This document shows, in pieces, positions 46,870 to 57,183 of a DNA stretch of 64,000 nucleotides. The stretch comes from a bacterium (GTDB taxonomy: Bacteria > JAHJDO01): the NCBI GenBank assembly GCA_018812485.1, contig JAHJDO010000042.1:9512-73511 (forward strand), written 5' to 3'. The stretch's first letter is position 1. Each line of letters begins with the position of its first letter. The position numbers were made by a program, and so were the translations under genes. The notes under the pieces are model-generated. The model was given only the letters and a program-made list of their open reading frames with translations. It made no database searches and had not been told where the DNA came from.

Positions 46870-48611
46870 ATATAAAACCTAATCAATATATTTTCTTTTT
46901 AATATTATACATAGTTTTACTAGCACTCGCGTTAGCCCCTTATTATATAAACAATACAATTATATTAGGTATGGAAGGCGACTATGTTTTGGATTTTTCC
47001 GCTCATTTAAGCAAATTTACTTTTATGTGGTTTCCCGTCTATGGCGTTGGTTTACAAAATATGTCTCCGAGCGGGACAGGTCTTAATATTCTTTTGCTTT
47101 GCTTAATTGAAAAGTTGACAGGAAGTATACCTATCACGAATTTTGTTTTAATATTTTCAATTTATTTCTTTCCCTTTTTAGCCATGTATTTAGTATGTAA
47201 GGCAATAAAAGCAACTCCTTTTACCTCGTTTGCTATAGCGCTCTTTTATGTTTTTAATCCTTTTGTACTTTATTATCTGACTTGCATAAATCAATGGAAT
47301 GTTTTTGGTGTGACTGTAATGCCCATGTTTTTATGGGTTATCTTGAAGTACTATCATAGCAATTTTAAATTATTCTTTTTCTTTGGACTTATATCAGCGT
47401 GTTTTTCCTTTACTTATAGCAATCCCCCAATACTGGTAATAATACACATTTCAGTTGTGTTTTCCATGGTTATGGTGTCTTATTATCGTAATAAAAAATT
47501 TATCCTTTTAGAAATACTCAAAAAATATAGCATTGTAATTGTATCATTTATTGCATTCAATCTTTGGTGGATTTTGAACCTTTTTGTTGGGGCAGTAGCA
47601 ACCGCGAAAGAAATATATTCAGCCTCGTGGGCGCACTCTTGGTTAAACACAACAGTAAGCGGGCATAGGCCTATCCTTGCCAGGATGTTTTCTATTACAA
47701 CAATGATTGGAATTAACCCTTCATGGGACTTCTTTACGTGGTGGTATAGTACCATGCTTGCGAGATTAATTACTCTTGTCCCTATTTTTATGATAATTTA
47801 TTTCGTGCTGATGGTTAAAAGTAAAAAAACGAGAAATTCATTAAATCTAGCAATTTTTAGCACATTATTACTTGTATTATTTTTTGTAAAAGGGAATGCA
47901 AGTCCGTTTGGTTTTATTTACGATTTAATGTTCAAACATCTCCCATTTTTTTATATCTTTAAATCTCCTGTGGAAAAATTTGGACTCCTCTATATATTTA
48001 TTTTATCTGTGTTGCTGTTATTGATTATGAACGGTATTAAGGCTCATAAGTACTATAAACCAATCCTGTGTATATTTACAGTTTACTTAATCGTTTGCAG
48101 TGTACCTGTTCTTACAGGGAATATTATCCCCGATTATAATCTTGGCTCTTTGGGATATGGTTCGAGAAAGTATAAAGATAAAAATGGATACAGGCAGTTT
48201 AGAGAATCAGTTAATAAGGATAATTTCCAGTATAGAATTTTTAGTTTACCTGGTGTTGGAAACTATCAGGTATGTCTGCCTAACTATAACGGCAAGAAAT
48301 ACACCGGATTAGATCCTGTTCTCATGAATACTAATAAGCCTTTTATTGCGCCTTATAACGGAATAGGTGTACTATACAATAATATCTCTTCAGCTAAGTA
48401 TGCAAAACTTTTGGGAATATATAATATCGGGAAAATAATGATTAATGAAGATCTTATACCATGGTTTGGAATCATGGAAAAGGAAAGCATTCCGGAATTA
48501 AAAACAATATTTGATAAATCCATGGCATCAAAAAAATGGGAAAACATAACTCTTTACAATAATGAAGATTATTTTTTGCCGCGTATTTACACTTCAGGTA
48601 ATTCTAATTGA
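46866..48611 (+). CDS. Polytopic integral membrane protein (GT-C/YfhO-like or polymerase-like; function unknown)
   Basis: The 581-aa translation has at least 12 transmembrane segments in the first ~430 aa and a ~150-aa C-terminal soluble domain. Its N-terminus resembles that of the final ORF in the window. Confidence 0.4.
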   Translation: MNIKPNQYIFFLILYIVLLALALAPYYINNTIILGMEGDYVLDFSAHLSKFTFMWFPVYGVGLQNMSPSGTGLNILLLCLIEKLTGSIPITNFVLIFSIYFFPFLAMYLVCKAIKATPFTSFAIALFYVFNPFVLYYLTCINQWNVFGVTVMPMFLWVILKYYHSNFKLFFFFGLISACFSFTYSNPPILVIIHISVVFSMVMVSYYRNKKFILLEILKKYSIVIVSFIAFNLWWILNLFVGAVATAKEIYSASWAHSWLNTTVSGHRPILARMFSITTMIGINPSWDFFTWWYSTMLARLITLVPIFMIIYFVLMVKSKKTRNSLNLAIFSTLLLVLFFVKGNASPFGFIYDLMFKHLPFFYIFKSPVEKFGLLYIFILSVLLLLIMNGIKAHKYYKPILCIFTVYLIVCSVPVLTGNIIPDYNLGSLGYGSRKYKDKNGYRQFRESVNKDNFQYRIFSLPGVGNYQVCLPNYNGKKYTGLDPVLMNTNKPFIAPYNGIGVLYNNISSAKYAKLLGIYNIGKIMINEDLIPWFGIMEKESIPELKTIFDKSMASKKWENITLYNNEDYFLPRIYTSGNSN

Positions 48612-48630
48612 ATTATAAAAGATTTTACAT

Positions 48631-49770
48631 ATGAGCAGGATAGACATTTTAGCATATAAAACGCAATCCTATGATACCGATTCCTTTATTGAAGATATTC
48701 TTCGTTATAGTAAAAACTCTGTTTTGTTAATATTCGACTTTGATGAAATAACGGTTCATCACAAACCTTCAAACATTAGTCTTAAAAATAAAACCATAAG
48801 ATTTTTTAAAACTAAGAACCATAAGTTAAACTATTACCTTTCGCCATTATTGTTAGTAGTGCACATATTCATAATCTTCAAACTTTTTTTTGTGTTGTGC
48901 TATAAATATAGACCAAAAGTATGCTGGATAGAGAATTCTTATGTTGCATTAATCGTAGGATTTCTGCGTAGATTAGGTTTATGCAGCAAATCTATATATG
49001 GTGCAGGAGATTGGGTTGCGGTTGGAAGTAACAGGCAAAAAGTTTTGAGTTATGTGGGCAATAATTTTATTTTCCCGATTGTTGATTATTTAGCATGTAA
49101 ATTCAATGATGTAGTTTTAAATCATACAGAAGAAATAGCCAAAGCGAGACATGAATTTTGGGGTAGGGAAATAGCAAAAAAAGAAAAATTATATGTCTAT
49201 AAAATGCAGATTAAAACAAGAGATTCTTATAATAATAAACAGAGAAAAACCTTTTGTTTTATTGGAGACGTGAGAGAAGATTCTGGTCTGGATATAGCGA
49301 TTAAATCTTTGGCTGATATAAGAAGGAAACAGAAATTTATTTTAAAAATTATTGGACCTCAACGGCAGTATTATAATTATATCAAAAAAACATCCATTAA
49401 GTATAATGTTAATAAATATCTCCAATTTCTCGGTTTTGTTGATACGGATAAATTAGTAGAAACATTATCTGATTGCTTTTGTGGGATCAGTTTGATAACG
49501 AGCAATAATAGTTATTCTGCTTATACCATTTCCGGGAAATTGATTCACTATCTTCAGTATTTATTACCCGTGATAGTTACAGAAGGGGCAGGAGCTTTTG
49601 TCCCAGTTATTAGGAATAACGAATTAGGGATTGTTATAGAACCAACAAAAGAGGCATTTATTAATGCGGTATTCACAATTTATGATGAGCAAGAGCAGTA
49701 CAGACGGAATATTGTTAAGTATATTAATTCTTTGCCTGAAATTGATATTAAAGGATTGATTGAGAATTGA
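48631..49770 (+). CDS. Putative GT-B-fold glycosyltransferase (GT4-like)
   Basis: The C-terminal half (FCFIGDVREDSGLDIAIKSL...KIIGP...LQFLGFVDTDKL) follows the GT-B C-domain pattern. The canonical E-x7-E motif is degenerate. Confidence 0.4.
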   Translation: MSRIDILAYKTQSYDTDSFIEDILRYSKNSVLLIFDFDEITVHHKPSNISLKNKTIRFFKTKNHKLNYYLSPLLLVVHIFIIFKLFFVLCYKYRPKVCWIENSYVALIVGFLRRLGLCSKSIYGAGDWVAVGSNRQKVLSYVGNNFIFPIVDYLACKFNDVVLNHTEEIAKARHEFWGREIAKKEKLYVYKMQIKTRDSYNNKQRKTFCFIGDVREDSGLDIAIKSLADIRRKQKFILKIIGPQRQYYNYIKKTSIKYNVNKYLQFLGFVDTDKLVETLSDCFCGISLITSNNSYSAYTISGKLIHYLQYLLPVIVTEGAGAFVPVIRNNELGIVIEPTKEAFINAVFTIYDEQEQYRRNIVKYINSLPEIDIKGLIEN

Positions 49771-49784
49771 AAGTTTAAAGCTGT

Positions 49785-50711
49785 ATGGATAAAGATACAA
49801 AAATTTATATTGCAGGTCATACCGGCTTGGTAGGATCAGCAGTTGTAACGGCATTTAAGAAAGAAAGATATAGAAATATAGTAACAAAGACTCATCAAGA
49901 ACTTGATTTGTTACAGCAATCAGATGTTGAGAATTTTTTCAAAGCAGAAAGACCAGAATGCGTTATTTTAGCTGCAGCGAAGGTTGGGGGGATTAAGGCT
50001 AACATAGACTATCCAGCTCAATTCATCTATGACAATCTTACAATTCAGACCAATGTAATTCATTTATCATATAAGTATGGAGTTAAAAAACTTTTGTTTT
50101 TTGGAAGTGCGTGTGCCTATCCACGTGAGTGTTCCCAACCGATGAAGGAGGAATACTTGCTTTCAGGATATTTAGAGCCAACGAATGAGCCATATGCTGT
50201 TGCAAAAATTGCAGGAATAAAGCTATGCGAGGCTTATAATAAACAGTATAGCACAAATTTTATATGTGGAATTCCTGCCACTATTTACGGTCCCAATGAT
50301 AATTTTGACCCTGATAATTCTCATGTAATTCCTGCTTTAATAGCTAAGTTTCATGAAGCCAAAGTAAAAAATTTACCTTCAGTTACAATCTGGGGCTCGG
50401 GAAAACCGCGTAGAGAATTCGTATACGTGGAAGAGGTTGCTGAGGCTTGTCTTTTTTTGATGCATAACTGCGATGAAGATGTTATCAATGTTGGATGTGG
50501 AGAGGATATATCTGTTAAAGATTTAACTCTGCTTATAAAAGATATTGTCAGATTTGAAGGAGAGATAACTTTTGACAGATCAAAACCTGATGGTATGTTG
50601 AAAAAACTTTTAGATAATAGTAAAATCAAAAGCTTAGGTTGGAAGGCGAATGTTAACCTTGAGGAAGGACTCAAGAGAACCTATGAGTGGTATAAAAAGG
50701 GCATAAAATGA
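49785..50711 (+). CDS. fcl: GDP-L-fucose synthase family enzyme: 4-keto-6-deoxy sugar 3,5-epimerase/4-reductase (Fcl, or the homologous GDP-L-colitose synthase ColC)
   Basis: KIYIAGHTGLVGSAV, AAAKVGGI, LEPTNEPYAVAKIAGIKLCEAYNKQY, SHVIPALI and GSGKPRREF align block-for-block with E. coli Fcl. Confidence 0.8.
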   Translation: MDKDTKIYIAGHTGLVGSAVVTAFKKERYRNIVTKTHQELDLLQQSDVENFFKAERPECVILAAAKVGGIKANIDYPAQFIYDNLTIQTNVIHLSYKYGVKKLLFFGSACAYPRECSQPMKEEYLLSGYLEPTNEPYAVAKIAGIKLCEAYNKQYSTNFICGIPATIYGPNDNFDPDNSHVIPALIAKFHEAKVKNLPSVTIWGSGKPRREFVYVEEVAEACLFLMHNCDEDVINVGCGEDISVKDLTLLIKDIVRFEGEITFDRSKPDGMLKKLLDNSKIKSLGWKANVNLEEGLKRTYEWYKKGIK

Positions 50712-51640
50712 AAATATTAGTTACTGGAGCTGCAGGATATATAGGCTCTGTATTAGTTCCTGAGTTGTTAAAGAACGAGCACAGCGTAATTGCCGTAGAT
50801 AACTTTATGTACAATCAAGCATCTTTACTGAATTGTTGTTGTGATGAAAAGTTTACTTTGATTCGTGGAGATGCACGTGACAAAAGTTTAATTGCTAAAT
50901 GTTTGAAAAAAGCGGATGTAATTATTCCATTAGCCTGTTTTACAGGGGCGCCTCTTTGTAAAAAGTATCCGTCTGAGGCTAGACTGGTAATTGTAGATGC
51001 TGTAAAGATGATATTGAAATTGCGCAGTAAAGAGCAAATAATTGTTTATCCTACTACTAACAGTGGTTATGGAATAGGACAAAAAGATGTTTATTGTACT
51101 GAAAAAACTCCTTTAAGCCCTGTCTCTTTATATGGAAAACTAAAAGTGGAAACAGAGAAAAACTTATTAGACTCAGGCAATACTATTACCTTAAGACTTG
51201 CAACAGCTTTCGGAATTAGCCCTCGTATGCGACTTGACCTTTTAGTTAATGATTTTACTTACCGTGCAGTAACAGATCATTTTATTGTTCTTTTTGAGGC
51301 GCATTTTAAGCGAAACTATATTCATGTTCGCGACGTGTCCAAGGCGTTTATTTACTCTTTGAGTAATTTTGAGCGAATGAAAAATGAACCCTATAATGTT
51401 GGCTTAAGTAATGCTAACTTAGATAAGTGGGAGTTATGTGAAGAGATTAAAAAACAAATTCCGGAATTTGTTTTTATTGAAGCAGAAATTGGAGAGGATC
51501 CGGATAAGAGGGATTATATCGTAAGCAATGAAAAAATTGAGAAGACAGGATTCAGGCCTGATGTATCTCTGCAAGATGGGATAACAGAATTAATAAAAGG
51601 ATACCAGATTATCCAAAAAAATCAGTTTTCCAATATTTAG
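50708..51640 (+). CDS. NAD-dependent epimerase/dehydratase of the extended SDR family
   Basis: The Rossmann motif is ILVTGAAGYIGSVLV, and YGKLK is the YxxxK motif. Confidence 0.65.
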   Translation: MKILVTGAAGYIGSVLVPELLKNEHSVIAVDNFMYNQASLLNCCCDEKFTLIRGDARDKSLIAKCLKKADVIIPLACFTGAPLCKKYPSEARLVIVDAVKMILKLRSKEQIIVYPTTNSGYGIGQKDVYCTEKTPLSPVSLYGKLKVETEKNLLDSGNTITLRLATAFGISPRMRLDLLVNDFTYRAVTDHFIVLFEAHFKRNYIHVRDVSKAFIYSLSNFERMKNEPYNVGLSNANLDKWELCEEIKKQIPEFVFIEAEIGEDPDKRDYIVSNEKIEKTGFRPDVSLQDGITELIKGYQIIQKNQFSNI

Positions 51641-51690
51641 GTAGATTTACTGGCACTTATGTTCAGTAGAATTAAAGATGTGAGAGTGAT

Positions 51691-53199
51691 ATGAAAAGTT
51701 CAACAGATGTTTTATTTATAAATCCCGGTAATCATAAAAAAACATATCAAGGTTTATCAAAAGAATTCACAGCAATTGCTCCACCTGTCTGGACATCTTT
51801 ATTAGCTAATTATATCCGCAAGGAGGGGTACAGCGCTGCAATTTATGATGTAAATGTTGAAGGCTGGGATAATGGCAAAGTGAAAGAGATAATAGCCGGA
51901 TATAATCCTAATTTAGTTGTTATGATGGTTTATGGTCATCATCCGTCTGCTTCTACGCAAACAATACCGTCTGCAGGCCAAATAGCAAGAGACATAAAAA
52001 TATATAACAGGGATATTCCGGTTGCAATGGGAGGAACGCACCCTTCTGCTTTACCTGAAAGGACGCTTGGAGAAGAAGATATTGATTTTGTGATACAGGG
52101 AGAAGGAGTATATACAATAAAAGGATTAGCAGACTGGACAAAAGGGAAGAGAGATATTAAGAAGATAAAGGGATTATGGTGCAAAAATGGGAACCTAACA
52201 TCTTTCACAACACCGCCACCTGTTGTTGAAAACTTGGATGATGAGCTGGATAATTATGCATGGGATTTGTTACCTGAAATAAATAATTACAGAGCCCATA
52301 ATTGGCACTGTTTTCAAGAATTTGAAAAAAGCAGGCAGGATGATTTTTTAGATGTCAGAACGCCTTATATCGCAATGAACACATCTTTGGGATGTCCCTA
52401 CTCATGTAACTATTGCTGCATAAATGCGATATTTGGGAAACCTCGCATAAGATACTGGTCGTTAGATAGGGTTTTTTTATGGATTGATACACTTGTCAAC
52501 AGATATAAAGTAAAGAGCATAAGATTTGATGATGAACTTCTTATATTATCTTCTAAAAGAATGGAGAGATTTTGTGATATGCTCATTGAAAGAAGTTACG
52601 ACTTGAATCTTTTTGCGTATGGGAGAGTTGATACTATTCAGGAGAAACTTCTCGGGAAATTGAAAAAGGCAGGAGTGAATTGGATATGCCTTGGAATAGA
52701 ATCTGCAAATGAAAAGGTGAGAGCAGGGGTAAACAAAAAGATAAAAAAAGATATAAAAGAAGTGGTTAGAATGATACAGAGTAATAATATAAATGTTCTC
52801 GGCAATTATATGTTTGGTTTGCCTGATGACAATCTGGAAACAATGGAAGAAACACTTCAACTGGCGATGGAATTAAATTGCGAATTTGCCAATTTCTATA
52901 GCGTAATGGCTTATCCAGGTTCAGCATTGTATGAATGGGCATCTAATAAGAACGGTTATTTACCAAAATCATGGGGAGCATTTTCTCAGCACAGTTATGA
53001 AACTCAACCTTTGCCTACCAAATATCTCCCAGCGAAAGACGTATTAAAGTTCAGAGATGAAGCATATTTAAGATACTTTGAAAATCCAAGGTATTTGAAA
53101 CATGCAAAAGATAAGTTTGGACAAAAAGTAGAATCTCATATACAAAAGATGACGCAAATAAAATTAAAAAGAAAATTATTGGAGGAGAATTTATGTTAA
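51691..53199 (+). CDS. B12-binding-domain radical SAM protein (class B-like)
   Basis: The N-terminal B12-like domain (VLFINPGNH...LVVMMVYGHH) precedes TSLGCPYSCNYCCINA. Confidence 0.75.
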   Translation: MKSSTDVLFINPGNHKKTYQGLSKEFTAIAPPVWTSLLANYIRKEGYSAAIYDVNVEGWDNGKVKEIIAGYNPNLVVMMVYGHHPSASTQTIPSAGQIARDIKIYNRDIPVAMGGTHPSALPERTLGEEDIDFVIQGEGVYTIKGLADWTKGKRDIKKIKGLWCKNGNLTSFTTPPPVVENLDDELDNYAWDLLPEINNYRAHNWHCFQEFEKSRQDDFLDVRTPYIAMNTSLGCPYSCNYCCINAIFGKPRIRYWSLDRVFLWIDTLVNRYKVKSIRFDDELLILSSKRMERFCDMLIERSYDLNLFAYGRVDTIQEKLLGKLKKAGVNWICLGIESANEKVRAGVNKKIKKDIKEVVRMIQSNNINVLGNYMFGLPDDNLETMEETLQLAMELNCEFANFYSVMAYPGSALYEWASNKNGYLPKSWGAFSQHSYETQPLPTKYLPAKDVLKFRDEAYLRYFENPRYLKHAKDKFGQKVESHIQKMTQIKLKRKLLEENLC

Positions 53200-54023
53200 A
53201 AGATTTTAGAAAATTGGAAGATAAAGCCCATTACATCTGCAATCAAGTTTTGGATATGTGTATTAAGGCGGGTACTGGACATGTTACATCTTCACTTTCG
53301 TGCGCAGAAATTCTTGTAGCGCTTTATTATGGAGGAATACTTAATTATGATGCTTCTAATCCTGAGTGGTGTGATCGGGATAGATTTGTCCTGAGCAAGG
53401 GACAAGCAAGTCCTATTTTGTATACAATATTGGCTGATGTCGGGTTTTTCCCAAAAACTAAACTGGCTAAGTTTGGCCAGGCAAATGGTGCTGTTGGAGT
53501 TCATATGCAGTGCGATGTTGCCGGAGTAGAAATTACTGCTGGTTCCCTGGGTCATGGTTTAGGGATTGGGGCAGGTATGGCACTTGCGGCAAGAATGGAT
53601 AGAAAGCATTATCTGACTTTTGTTCTTTTGGGAGATGGAGAATGCCATGAAGGCTCAATATGGGAGTCTGCCATGTTTGCAGGTCATCACCAACTAAATA
53701 ATTTAATTACCATAGTTGACAGAAATTGGCTTTGCGCTACGGACTTTACAGAAAATTGCGTTCGTCTCGATCCTATGGATGAAAAATGGAAAGCATTTGG
53801 TTTTGAGGTAGTTAGTATTAATGGGCATAGTTTTCAGGAAATCTTTAGTGCTCTTGATGGATTTCGTTCAAGGAGACTCCATAAGCCATTAATGATTATT
53901 GCAAACACGGTGAAAGGTAAGGGAATAAGTTTTATGGAAGATCAACCGTTATGGCATTCTGTAGCTCCCAAAGGCAAAGACGCTAAAAGAGCAAAAATTG
54001 AGTTAAGTAAAAGAGGAGAGTAA
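53193..54023 (+). CDS. Transketolase N-terminal (TPP-binding) subunit of a split transketolase
   Basis: GHVTSSLSCAEILVALYY is the histidine TPP-binding block, and LLGDGECHEGSIWES is the GDG-x-x-EG diphosphate-binding motif. Confidence 0.8.
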   Translation: MLKDFRKLEDKAHYICNQVLDMCIKAGTGHVTSSLSCAEILVALYYGGILNYDASNPEWCDRDRFVLSKGQASPILYTILADVGFFPKTKLAKFGQANGAVGVHMQCDVAGVEITAGSLGHGLGIGAGMALAARMDRKHYLTFVLLGDGECHEGSIWESAMFAGHHQLNNLITIVDRNWLCATDFTENCVRLDPMDEKWKAFGFEVVSINGHSFQEIFSALDGFRSRRLHKPLMIIANTVKGKGISFMEDQPLWHSVAPKGKDAKRAKIELSKRGE

Positions 54024-54027
54024 AAAA

Positions 54028-54963
54028 ATGGCAAGTATTACGATGAGGGATGCATTTTTTAATAAATTATATGAAATTGCTAAGAATGATAGAAATGTTA
54101 TTGTTGTTAGTGCTGATATGGGAGCTCCAAGTCTTGATAAGTTTAGAAGGGACTTACCTTCTCAATTTATCAATGTTGGTATAGCTGAACAAAATATGGT
54201 GACTGTTGCGACAGGTTTAGCTCTAACTGGCAAAAATGTTTATACTTACGCCATCATGCCGTTTGCTTCATTGCGATGTTATGAATTTATAAAAGTTGAT
54301 TTTTCTCTTATGAATATTGGTGTGACCACTATAGGTGTTGGTTCAGGCTTTGGTTATCCTGATTCAGGACCTACCCATCATTCTACAGAGGATATCTCTG
54401 CTTTGCGTGCGCTTCCAAATATGACGATACTAAATTCGTCTAGTAACCGGATGGTAGAAAAGTTTACGGAGATATCATATAACATGTCAACTCCATGCTA
54501 CATCAGGTTAGATAGAGGATTAGTGCCTGAAGTTTATGATAAAAGCGAAAATTTCTCCAATGGATTAGCAATGCTTAAAACAGGCAAAGACCTGTATATA
54601 ATTGCAACCGGGAATATGGTTGATCAAGCATTTAAAGTTGTTAAAAAGCTATCAGAACATTCTATAGATGCAGGGATTATCGATTTATATAGAATAAAGC
54701 CTATTAATACAAAATTACTCATAAAATACATAAAAAACGCGCATCGAATAGTAACATTGGAAGAACATTTTCTTGCTGGGGGAATGGGGTCTGCTGTTGT
54801 GGAAAATTTAACTGACAATGGGATAAGTATTCCAATTAAACGTATTGGGGTTCCGGATAAATATTATTATGCTTATGGCAATAGAGATGACATAAATCTT
54901 GAGTGTGGATTGGATACAGAGACTGTTGCTAAAATAATTTTAAAATGGGTAAAAAAGATCTAA
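54028..54963 (+). CDS. Transketolase C-terminal (pyrimidine-binding) subunit of a split transketolase
   Basis: INVGIAEQNMVTVATGLAL and GSGFGYPDSGPTHH are present. At 311 aa it is typical of the split TK-C subunit. Confidence 0.8.
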   Translation: MASITMRDAFFNKLYEIAKNDRNVIVVSADMGAPSLDKFRRDLPSQFINVGIAEQNMVTVATGLALTGKNVYTYAIMPFASLRCYEFIKVDFSLMNIGVTTIGVGSGFGYPDSGPTHHSTEDISALRALPNMTILNSSSNRMVEKFTEISYNMSTPCYIRLDRGLVPEVYDKSENFSNGLAMLKTGKDLYIIATGNMVDQAFKVVKKLSEHSIDAGIIDLYRIKPINTKLLIKYIKNAHRIVTLEEHFLAGGMGSAVVENLTDNGISIPIKRIGVPDKYYYAYGNRDDINLECGLDTETVAKIILKWVKKI

Positions 54964-54987
54964 CTAGGTAAACAAACTGACAAAATA

Positions 54988-55980
54988 ATGATTATTAGCA
55001 GAACTCCATTTCGAATCTCTTTTTTTGGAGGTGGAACTGATTATCCTGTCTGGTATAGAGAGAATAGCGGAGCAGTTCTTTCAACAACTATAGATAAATA
55101 TTGTTATATAACTTGTCGGCGACTCCCTCCTTTCTTTGAATACAAGCACAGAATTGTCTATTCAAAGTACGAACATGTTAACGAAATAGATGAAATTGTG
55201 CACCCTGCCGTTAGAGAGGCATTTAGATTTATGGATATTAAGGATGGATTAGAGATACATCATGACGGGGACCTCCCCGCGCGATCCGGTCTAGGATCGA
55301 GTTCGTCTTTTACTGTAGGGTTATTGCATGCTCTATATGCTTTAAAAGGGGAAATGGTTACAAAAAAACGCTTGTCTCTTGAAGCTATTCATATTGAGCA
55401 GGAGATGATAAAAGAAAATGTAGGTTCACAAGACCAGGTGAGTGTAGCGTTTGGAGGCCTAAATAAGATTGAATTTTCCGGTAATCATGATATTGAAGTC
55501 AGACCCATAACTATAAGAGAGCCGAGGTTGCAGGAATTGCAGGATTGTTTAATGCTATTTTTTACTGGTTTTACAAGGATAGCTTCAGATGTAGCAGGAG
55601 ATAAAATATCTCAAATCCCAAATAAAAAGAAGGAACTTAATATATTGCATGATATGGTTAATAACGCTATAGATATCTTAAATGGAAACTATGACCTTGT
55701 TGAATTTGGCAAATTGCTTGATGAAAGCTGGAAAATTAAGAAAAGTTTGTCTAGTAAAGTATCAAACAGGAACATAGACAATATTTATGAGAGCGCAATT
55801 AAGGCTGGTGCAACTGGTGGGAAGATTTTAGGCGCTGGTAGTGGGGGCTTTATTTTGTTTTTTGTGAGGCCTGAGAAAAGAGATAGAGTAAAGAAAGCAT
55901 TAAGTCCTTTATTGCACGTGCCTTTTCGTTTTGATAAAACAGGAAGCCAGATTATTTATTATAGTGAAAGCGGAGTGTAA
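54988..55980 (+). CDS. GHMP-family sugar kinase, HddA-like (D-glycero-D-manno-heptose 7-phosphate kinase / fucokinase type)
   Basis: SRTPFRISFFGGGTDYP is the N-terminal signature of HddA-type kinases, and GLGSSSSFTVGLLHAL is the GHMP ATP-binding motif. Confidence 0.7.
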   Translation: MIISRTPFRISFFGGGTDYPVWYRENSGAVLSTTIDKYCYITCRRLPPFFEYKHRIVYSKYEHVNEIDEIVHPAVREAFRFMDIKDGLEIHHDGDLPARSGLGSSSSFTVGLLHALYALKGEMVTKKRLSLEAIHIEQEMIKENVGSQDQVSVAFGGLNKIEFSGNHDIEVRPITIREPRLQELQDCLMLFFTGFTRIASDVAGDKISQIPNKKKELNILHDMVNNAIDILNGNYDLVEFGKLLDESWKIKKSLSSKVSNRNIDNIYESAIKAGATGGKILGAGSGGFILFFVRPEKRDRVKKALSPLLHVPFRFDKTGSQIIYYSESGV

Positions 55981-55983
55981 TAA

Positions 55984-57183
55984 GTGAAAATTCCTTTTGG
56001 AACAATTTCTATAACGAAAAAATCCAGAGAATTAATAAAAGAAATTCTCAAATCAAATAGATTATCCAGTGGGAAGCACGTAAGAGAATTCGAAAAAAAA
56101 TTCGCAAAACTTATAGGCACAAAAGAAGCGATTGCGGTTAGCAGTGGAACTGATGCTCTTGTGTTAGCATTGGCAGTGTTATATGAATTTGGCGCAAGAC
56201 GGGGAGACGAGATCATAGTTCCAGCCCTATCGTTTGTAGCAACAGGCAATGCTGTGTTGCATGCTGGGTTTACTCCTGTTTTTGTGGATATTAATAAAAA
56301 AACTTTAAATATTGACTGTTCTAAGATTGAAGGCGTTATTACAAAAAAGACCAAAGCGATTTTGCCTGTTCATTTAATGGGGAAGCCTGCAGATATGGAT
56401 ACCATAAATAGTATTGCAAAAAAACACAATCTCTATGTAATTGAAGATGCAGCAGAGGCGCACGGAGCAGTCTATAAGAACAAAAATATAGGCACTATAG
56501 GGGATATGGCTGCATATAGTCTTTATGTTGCGCACATAATCAGTACTGTAGAAGGAGGCATTATTACTACAGATAATCAGAACTTTGCTGAAACAATAAG
56601 GTCATTAAGAAGTCATGGGAGAGCATGTAAGTGTGAAAGCTGTGTGCTTAATACTGCATCTGCTTATTGTCCAAAGAGGTTTAAGTATAAAGATAATGCA
56701 GATATTAGATTTATATTTGAACGAGTCGGTTTTTCATCTAAGATGAATGAGATGGAGGCAGCAATAGGGATCGGGAACCTGGATATATATAATGATATTC
56801 TTAGCAGAAGAAGAGAAAATCTTTATTATCTTATAAAAAAATTCAAAAATTTTGAACCCTATATGGCAACAATAGAAAAGGAATCTTATGAGGAGATAGG
56901 GCCACACGCTTTTCCCATGATTATTCAAGAGGGTGTAAAATTTACCCGTAATCAGCTTGTAACTTTTCTAGAAAAAAATGAGATTGATACAAGAAGCTTG
57001 TTCTCTTCTATGCCCACGCAATGTCTTGGCTTTAAATTCTTGGGTTATAAAGAAGGAGATTTTCCAAATGCTGAGTACATAGGAGAACATGGGATTCATA
57101 TAGGAGTCCATCAGGATTTAGATAAAGAGAAATGCGATTACATTATTAATACAATAGGAAAATTTTTATCAAAAAATGGCTAG
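55984..57183 (+). CDS. DegT/DnrJ/EryC1 fold PMP/PLP-dependent sugar 3-dehydratase (ColD/E1-like), with His in place of the usual internal-aldimine Lys
   Basis: GDEIIVPALSFVATGNAV and especially SLYVAHIISTVEGGIITTD align with ColD SFYSHHIATMEGGCIVTDD. Aminotransferases of this fold carry Lys where this protein has His. The start is a GTG at 55984. Confidence 0.55.
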   Translation: MKIPFGTISITKKSRELIKEILKSNRLSSGKHVREFEKKFAKLIGTKEAIAVSSGTDALVLALAVLYEFGARRGDEIIVPALSFVATGNAVLHAGFTPVFVDINKKTLNIDCSKIEGVITKKTKAILPVHLMGKPADMDTINSIAKKHNLYVIEDAAEAHGAVYKNKNIGTIGDMAAYSLYVAHIISTVEGGIITTDNQNFAETIRSLRSHGRACKCESCVLNTASAYCPKRFKYKDNADIRFIFERVGFSSKMNEMEAAIGIGNLDIYNDILSRRRENLYYLIKKFKNFEPYMATIEKESYEEIGPHAFPMIIQEGVKFTRNQLVTFLEKNEIDTRSLFSSMPTQCLGFKFLGYKEGDFPNAEYIGEHGIHIGVHQDLDKEKCDYIINTIGKFLSKNG

